Source: an uncultured Syntrophomonadaceae bacterium
GTDB lineage: Bacteria; Bacillota; Dethiobacteria; DTU022
Direction of reading: 5' to 3'
NCBI GenBank assembly: GCA_964389365.1
Contig: CAYMDO010000002.1
Location: forward strand, 19,268 to 83,267
Length of the DNA stretch: 64,000 nt
Shown piece by piece: positions 59,775-64,000 of this stretch. The translations under genes were made by a program, and so were the position numbers. Positions within the stretch are counted from its first letter, which is position 1. Every line of letters starts with the position of its first letter. The notes beneath the pieces are model-generated. The model did no database searches and was not told the DNA's origin. It saw nothing but the letters and a program-made list of their open reading frames with translations.

Positions 59775-60878
59775 ATGCTGGAGGGCGGGGTTAGAAAAGT
59801 ACTGGTTGCCATGAGCGGTGGGGTTGACAGTTCAGTAGCTGCCCTTTTACTGCAGCGCGGCGGTTATGAACCGGTCGGTGTTACAATGCGCCTGTGGGTG
59901 GATCCGCTTGCAGAAGCTTCGGCAGGTGACCGGCACCAGGGCTGCTGCTCGCTGGAAGCTGTAACAGATGCCCGCCGCGTTGCAGATCGCCTGGGTATTG
60001 CCCACTACACATTTAACATGATCGATCTTTTTTACAATACTGTCGTGAACGATTTTACTAAAAACTACCTGCAGGGCAAGACCCCGAACCCCTGCGTGGA
60101 GTGCAACCGCCAGTTGAAATTTTCTGCGCTTCTCAGCAGGGCTGCAGCGTTGGGTATAGATTACATCGCCACAGGGCATTATGCCTGTAACCGGTTTGAT
60201 GCGGCATCCGGTCGGTACCGTCTTTACTGCGGCCGGGATAAGAAGAAAGATCAAAGCTACATGCTTCACATGCTCGGCCAGTATGAGCTGTCAAAAACGC
60301 TTTTTCCGCTTGGCGATTTTACTAAAGGGCAGGTCCGCGATCTGGCTGCAGCCGAAAAACTGCCGGTAGCCGGGAAGGCTGAAAGCCAGGAGATCTGTTT
60401 TATTCCAGACAACGATTATCACCGGTTTTTGGAGCGCGAATGCCCTGCAGCGGTCCAGCCGGGCGAGATCTTTTCGGTAGCGGGCGAGCTTTTGGGGCGG
60501 CATCGCGGTATTGCCTTTTACACGGTTGGGCAGCGTAAAGGTTTGGGGCTTACTGCTGATAAGCCGCTTTATGTGGTGAGGATTGATGCCGAAAAGAACC
60601 GGGTCATAGTCGGCCGGGAAGAAGAGCTCAACAGCGACGGCCTGGTAGTTAACGCCCTCAGTTTCGTCAGTGGAGAGATCCCCAGGGAGCCGCAGCCGGT
60701 AACCGTCAAAATACGTTACCGCGCACCTGCGGTGCCGGCGCTGCTCTGCCCGCCTGATGCGGGAACAGCGCGCGTGCTCTTCAGGGAGCCGCAAAAAGCA
60801 GTTGCACCGGGCCAATCGGCAGTATTTTATATCGGAAACGAGGTTATGGGAGGCGGCATTATTAAAAATGCCTGCTGA
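59775..60878 (+). CDS. mnmA: tRNA-specific 2-thiouridylase
   Basis: VLVAMSGGVDSSVAA PP-loop and CNR...C motifs. Start set at ATG 59775. Confidence 0.85.
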   Translation: MLEGGVRKVLVAMSGGVDSSVAALLLQRGGYEPVGVTMRLWVDPLAEASAGDRHQGCCSLEAVTDARRVADRLGIAHYTFNMIDLFYNTVVNDFTKNYLQGKTPNPCVECNRQLKFSALLSRAAALGIDYIATGHYACNRFDAASGRYRLYCGRDKKKDQSYMLHMLGQYELSKTLFPLGDFTKGQVRDLAAAEKLPVAGKAESQEICFIPDNDYHRFLERECPAAVQPGEIFSVAGELLGRHRGIAFYTVGQRKGLGLTADKPLYVVRIDAEKNRVIVGREEELNSDGLVVNALSFVSGEIPREPQPVTVKIRYRAPAVPALLCPPDAGTARVLFREPQKAVAPGQSAVFYIGNEVMGGGIIKNAC

Positions 60879-61037
60879 TCGGTTCCTTCAATCTTTTTAA
60901 ACTCCTGTCGCGAATTCAATTTACTACTTGACAGATTCGGCGGGAACCTTTAATCTAAGTTCGTAATACTATATTATAAAAACGTGCTACCCGGGCACTT
61001 CTTAACCGGGTCGGCATAGAGTGGGGGGCGTAGTGCT

Positions 61038-61889
61038 GTGAAAAGCAGCCGGGGACTAAGGTTATTCTTTTTTGCAGTTTTACTGGCTTTGTTTATGATG
61101 GCAGGTTGTGCGGCGGAACAATTAGACGGGGAAGGGCAGCATGCAGGGGAAGCAGCTGAGGAAATTGGCACCCTGATATTTACAGCGAACGGGGAGGAAT
61201 TTATCCGTGAGGGCTTTATTTGTAAAGACGGCTGGGCGCTCAGCTTCGATCATGCCTATGTGACTTTAACCTCAATTTCTGCTTTTCAGACTGATCCTCC
61301 CTTTGATACTGATATGGGCTGGGAGGTTGATGACGTGACCCGGGCCAGGGCTGATTTACCCGGGGTGTATACCGTTGATTTGGCTGAACCGGGCGCCGAT
61401 CCCGCCCTGGTTGGTGAAGCTGAAGCTGTTCCGGCAGGCCGTTATAACGCTATTTACTGGGAAATGGTCAGAGCGCCGGACGGCCCGTCTGAAGGCTGCG
61501 TGGTACTGCTGATCGGCACAGCGGAAAAAGATGGCGAAACCATCGGATTTAGCCTGGGCCTGGATCGGGAGGTTGCCTACCTGGGCGGAGAGTACGTAGG
61601 AGAAGAACGAAAAGGCATTTTACCGGCCGGCGGCAGCGCTGTGATGGAGATGACTTTTCATTTTGATCACCTTTTCGGCGATTTTAACGAAGACCCTGAT
61701 GCTGAAATCAATACAGGCGCGCTCGGTTTCGGGCCGCTCGCCGCCCTGGCGGTTGACGGTGCACTTGAGGTTAGCTTGAGCGAACTGGAAACCTTTTTAA
61801 CAGAAGGCGACTATGCTTTGCTGCTGGCGGTGATGACCCACCTTGCCCATGTCGGCGAAGGGCATGCCCTTGCGGCTTTTCCTGATTAA
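61038..61889 (+). CDS. acidic lipoprotein, hypothetical
   Basis: Lipobox LFMMAGC and a His-containing tail THLAHVGEGH. Lies upstream of the Ni/Co ECF transporter genes. Confidence 0.45.
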   Translation: MKSSRGLRLFFFAVLLALFMMAGCAAEQLDGEGQHAGEAAEEIGTLIFTANGEEFIREGFICKDGWALSFDHAYVTLTSISAFQTDPPFDTDMGWEVDDVTRARADLPGVYTVDLAEPGADPALVGEAEAVPAGRYNAIYWEMVRAPDGPSEGCVVLLIGTAEKDGETIGFSLGLDREVAYLGGEYVGEERKGILPAGGSAVMEMTFHFDHLFGDFNEDPDAEINTGALGFGPLAALAVDGALEVSLSELETFLTEGDYALLLAVMTHLAHVGEGHALAAFPD

Positions 61890-61931
61890 TGGATGTTAAT
61901 GTTAATGACCGTTTAAGGCAGGTAAAAAAAT

Positions 61932-62399
61932 ATGAAGAAAATTAAAGCTGGCGTTGCCAGGCTCGGCAGGATCATCATGCCGGCAGGCCTGATCCTGCTG
62001 CTGCTCCCATGCGGGGTTTATGCACACGGGGTGGATTTAAACGCGGTGCCGGTCAATGCTGTAGAAGTAACAGCGCTTTACGATTCCGGCATGCCGATGG
62101 CCGGAGGCCAGGTAGCGGTCTACGCGCCTGACGAACCGCTGGAGCCCTGGTTGACCGGAACCTGCGATGATGAAGGCCGCTTTATTTTTAAACCCGATTA
62201 CAGCCGTCCCGGCATATGGGAGATCCAGGCTCGCCTGGCCGGGCATGGCGAGCTGTTCCGCTTTGAAGTAACCGCGGCTGGAGAGGCTGTGTTGAGCGGC
62301 CCTGGTGGACTGAGCCAGCTGCAAAAAATTGTAATGGCCCTGGCCATCAGCTGGGGTGCTGTCGGTACAGCTTTATATTTCAGCAGGAGGCGCGGCTGA
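61932..62399 (+). CDS. putative accessory component of Ni/Co ECF transporter (signal peptide, His right after cleavage site, C-terminal TM anchor)
   Basis: 155 aa; mature N-terminus HGVDLN. The stop overlaps the cbiM start. Confidence 0.35.
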   Translation: MKKIKAGVARLGRIIMPAGLILLLLPCGVYAHGVDLNAVPVNAVEVTALYDSGMPMAGGQVAVYAPDEPLEPWLTGTCDDEGRFIFKPDYSRPGIWEIQARLAGHGELFRFEVTAAGEAVLSGPGGLSQLQKIVMALAISWGAVGTALYFSRRRG

Positions 62400-63049
62400 T
62401 GCATATACCTGATGGCATTTTGCCGGCATCGGTTGCCCTTGGCGGTTATGCAGCCGCTGGGGGCATGACCTGGCTTTCCCTGAACAGGATAAACAGTATC
62501 TTAATAAACCCGCGGGAGCTGATCCCGCGGGCATCTCTATTGACCGCTGCCTTTTTTGCCGCCTCGCTGATCCATATACCGGTGCCCCCAACCAGTGTGC
62601 ACCTGATTTTAACAGGCCTGATGGGCATGATTCTCGGCTGGTTTGCTTTTCCTGCTATTTTGGTGGGGCTATTTTTTCAGGCGGTAATGTTTCAGCACGG
62701 CGGCCTTACGACTATAGGCATCAATGCCTGCCTGTTGGGGATGCCGGCGCTGCTTGCCGGAGCCCTTTTTAGAACCCGTAATTATTTCGGCGCGGATCAT
62801 AAAGTGGTTAACGTCCTGCTGGCTTTTACAGGCAGTTTTATGGCCATGATGCTGGGGGCCGTGGCTGCCGCGCTCCTTTTAGTCAGTACCGTTCCCGCCC
62901 GGCTGGATGTTGGTGCTGAAAAAGCCGCAATTATCACCATGGCCGGCGCACATCTGCCGGCAGCCATGATTGAAGGGGTTTTTACAGCAATGGTAGTTCT
63001 TTTTCTGATGCAGGTTAAGCCCGAACTGCTGGAGGCGGGAAAAAAATGA
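62399..63049 (+). CDS. cbiM: cobalt/nickel ECF transporter substrate-capture subunit CbiM/NikM
   Basis: Hallmark N-terminus MHIPDGILP; 216 aa polytopic. Confidence 0.8.
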   Translation: MHIPDGILPASVALGGYAAAGGMTWLSLNRINSILINPRELIPRASLLTAAFFAASLIHIPVPPTSVHLILTGLMGMILGWFAFPAILVGLFFQAVMFQHGGLTTIGINACLLGMPALLAGALFRTRNYFGADHKVVNVLLAFTGSFMAMMLGAVAAALLLVSTVPARLDVGAEKAAIITMAGAHLPAAMIEGVFTAMVVLFLMQVKPELLEAGKK

Positions 63050-63813
63050 TCGCCCCCAATTATACTGCAGTTCCGGAGACTAATTTACTGCTGCGCTGGG
63101 AAATACGCCACAAGCTGGTTGGTTTACTGGCGATAATCTTCAGCTTTTCAATGATACGCGAGCCCCGGCTGTTGCCCCTGGCAGTTGTTGTGTCGGTATT
63201 TATTTACAGCCTGTCTCAGCTTGGTTTTACTTATTACTTGACACGTCTCCGCCTGCCGGGCCTTTTTTTGCTGATGCTGGCATTAATACTGCCTTTCAGT
63301 GCAGGCAGCACTGTACTGGCCAGGATTGGCCCCCTGGCCCTAACTCAGGAAGGCCTGCACAGCGTGGCGCTGATCGTGGTGAAATTCCTTGCTATATTTG
63401 CCCTCGTTCTCGCCCTCTTTGCCGGGATATCGTTACAAAAATTGGTTGGTGCCCTGCGCAGCCTGGGTTTACCGCCGCTGCTGACCGAGATGTTGATTTT
63501 TACTAACCGCTATATCTACCAGTTCACGGCTGATTTGCGTCAGACCCATGTTGCTGCAGGGCTGCGGGGTTTTAAAGGCCGGTCTGTCAGGGTGTTGAAG
63601 CCGCTGGCCTATATTGTCGGCACCCTCCTGGTGCGCAGCCATAACCAGTCAGAGCGGGTTTTTCAGGCGATGACCCTGCGCGGCTACGGCGAGGAAAGCC
63701 TGGTTTTACATGCTGAACAGGTTCGCCTTTTTGACCGCTTTGCTCTGGCAGCATCCTTACTGCTGGCTGCCGGTTTTGTTTTTCTGCAGCTTTTCTTTTT
63801 TCCGGCGTCCTGA
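63046..63813 (+). CDS. cbiQ: ECF transporter transmembrane (T) component CbiQ
   Basis: 255 aa polytopic, 4-nt overlap with cbiM, R-rich C-terminal coupling region. Confidence 0.65.
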   Translation: MIAPNYTAVPETNLLLRWEIRHKLVGLLAIIFSFSMIREPRLLPLAVVVSVFIYSLSQLGFTYYLTRLRLPGLFLLMLALILPFSAGSTVLARIGPLALTQEGLHSVALIVVKFLAIFALVLALFAGISLQKLVGALRSLGLPPLLTEMLIFTNRYIYQFTADLRQTHVAAGLRGFKGRSVRVLKPLAYIVGTLLVRSHNQSERVFQAMTLRGYGEESLVLHAEQVRLFDRFALAASLLLAAGFVFLQLFFFPAS

Positions 63814-63890
63814 CCGGCATCTTTCCGGTGCGGCCGGGGAAAGGTTCTTGTGATATAATCGAATGTAAGCCAGGCAAAGGAGAACGGTTA

Positions 63891-64000
63891 TTGTCTTCAG
63901 TTCTGTCTGTAAAGGATCTAAGATTTGGTTATCCGGGACAGGCCGCGGTATTAAACGCGATCAGTTTCAGGGTATATAAGGGAGAACGGGTTGGTTTAAT
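63891..64000 (+). CDS. cbiO: ECF transporter ATPase CbiO, 5' part (continues beyond the window)
   Basis: TTG start after an AGGAGA RBS. LSVKDLRFGYPGQAAVLNAISFRVYKGERVGL is the ABC N-terminus leading into Walker A. Confidence 0.6.
   Translation, partial: MSSVLSVKDLRFGYPGQAAVLNAISFRVYKGERVGL

Noticed and set aside
1-64000. CRISPR arrays, rRNA genes, prophage structural genes, toxin-antitoxin pairs
   Set aside because: No direct-repeat/spacer periodicity, rRNA-like sequence or phage hallmark proteins were found on either strand.

Overview
This 64 kb window looks like chromosomal DNA from a spore-forming Firmicute of Clostridia/Desulfotomaculia type. GC content is about 50-55%. Supporting markers are SPOR-domain MurNAc-LAA amidase, YvrJ/DUF1659/DUF2922, ComK-like, a Ddl, and an MtaA-like corrinoid methyltransferase. 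Coding density is high on both strands. Housekeeping genes include pfkA, aroF-pheA, ddl, mnmA, arcC, znuABC-like and cbiMQO-like transporters, and tRNA-Met, tRNA-Glu and tRNA-Val. There are also accessory-looking regions. (1) Two paralogous ABC exporters carry N-terminal MORN repeats fused to the ATPase domain, an architecture I do not recognise as described. (2) A contiguous minus-strand cluster contains a lipoprotein glycosidase-like protein, an unknown membrane protein, a stand-alone REC, a TM-HEAT-repeat protein, a processive GT2 synthase (QRRRW), a geranylgeranyl reductase and a polyprenol/phytol-kinase-like CTP-transferase, convergent with a UbiA prenyltransferase. This could be a dolichol-like (saturated polyprenyl-phosphate) glycan or archaeal-type isoprenoid lipid system plus an exopolysaccharide machine. 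(3) A decayed histidine-utilisation operon: hutU has an in-frame TAG, hutI is 5'-truncated and frameshifted, and hutH has an in-frame TAG plus a frameshift. (4) Several other gene relics: an IS21 IstB remnant, an Lnt N-terminal fragment next to an orphan beta-class DNA methyltransferase, an MBL-fold pseudogene, an NCS2 permease fragment, and a DDE transposase tail. Together these suggest ongoing gene decay, or else indel-prone assembly. (5) A 5' fragment of a group II intron (GTGCGCCC...) sits immediately after the terminator of tRNA-Val. No CRISPR arrays or rRNA genes were seen.
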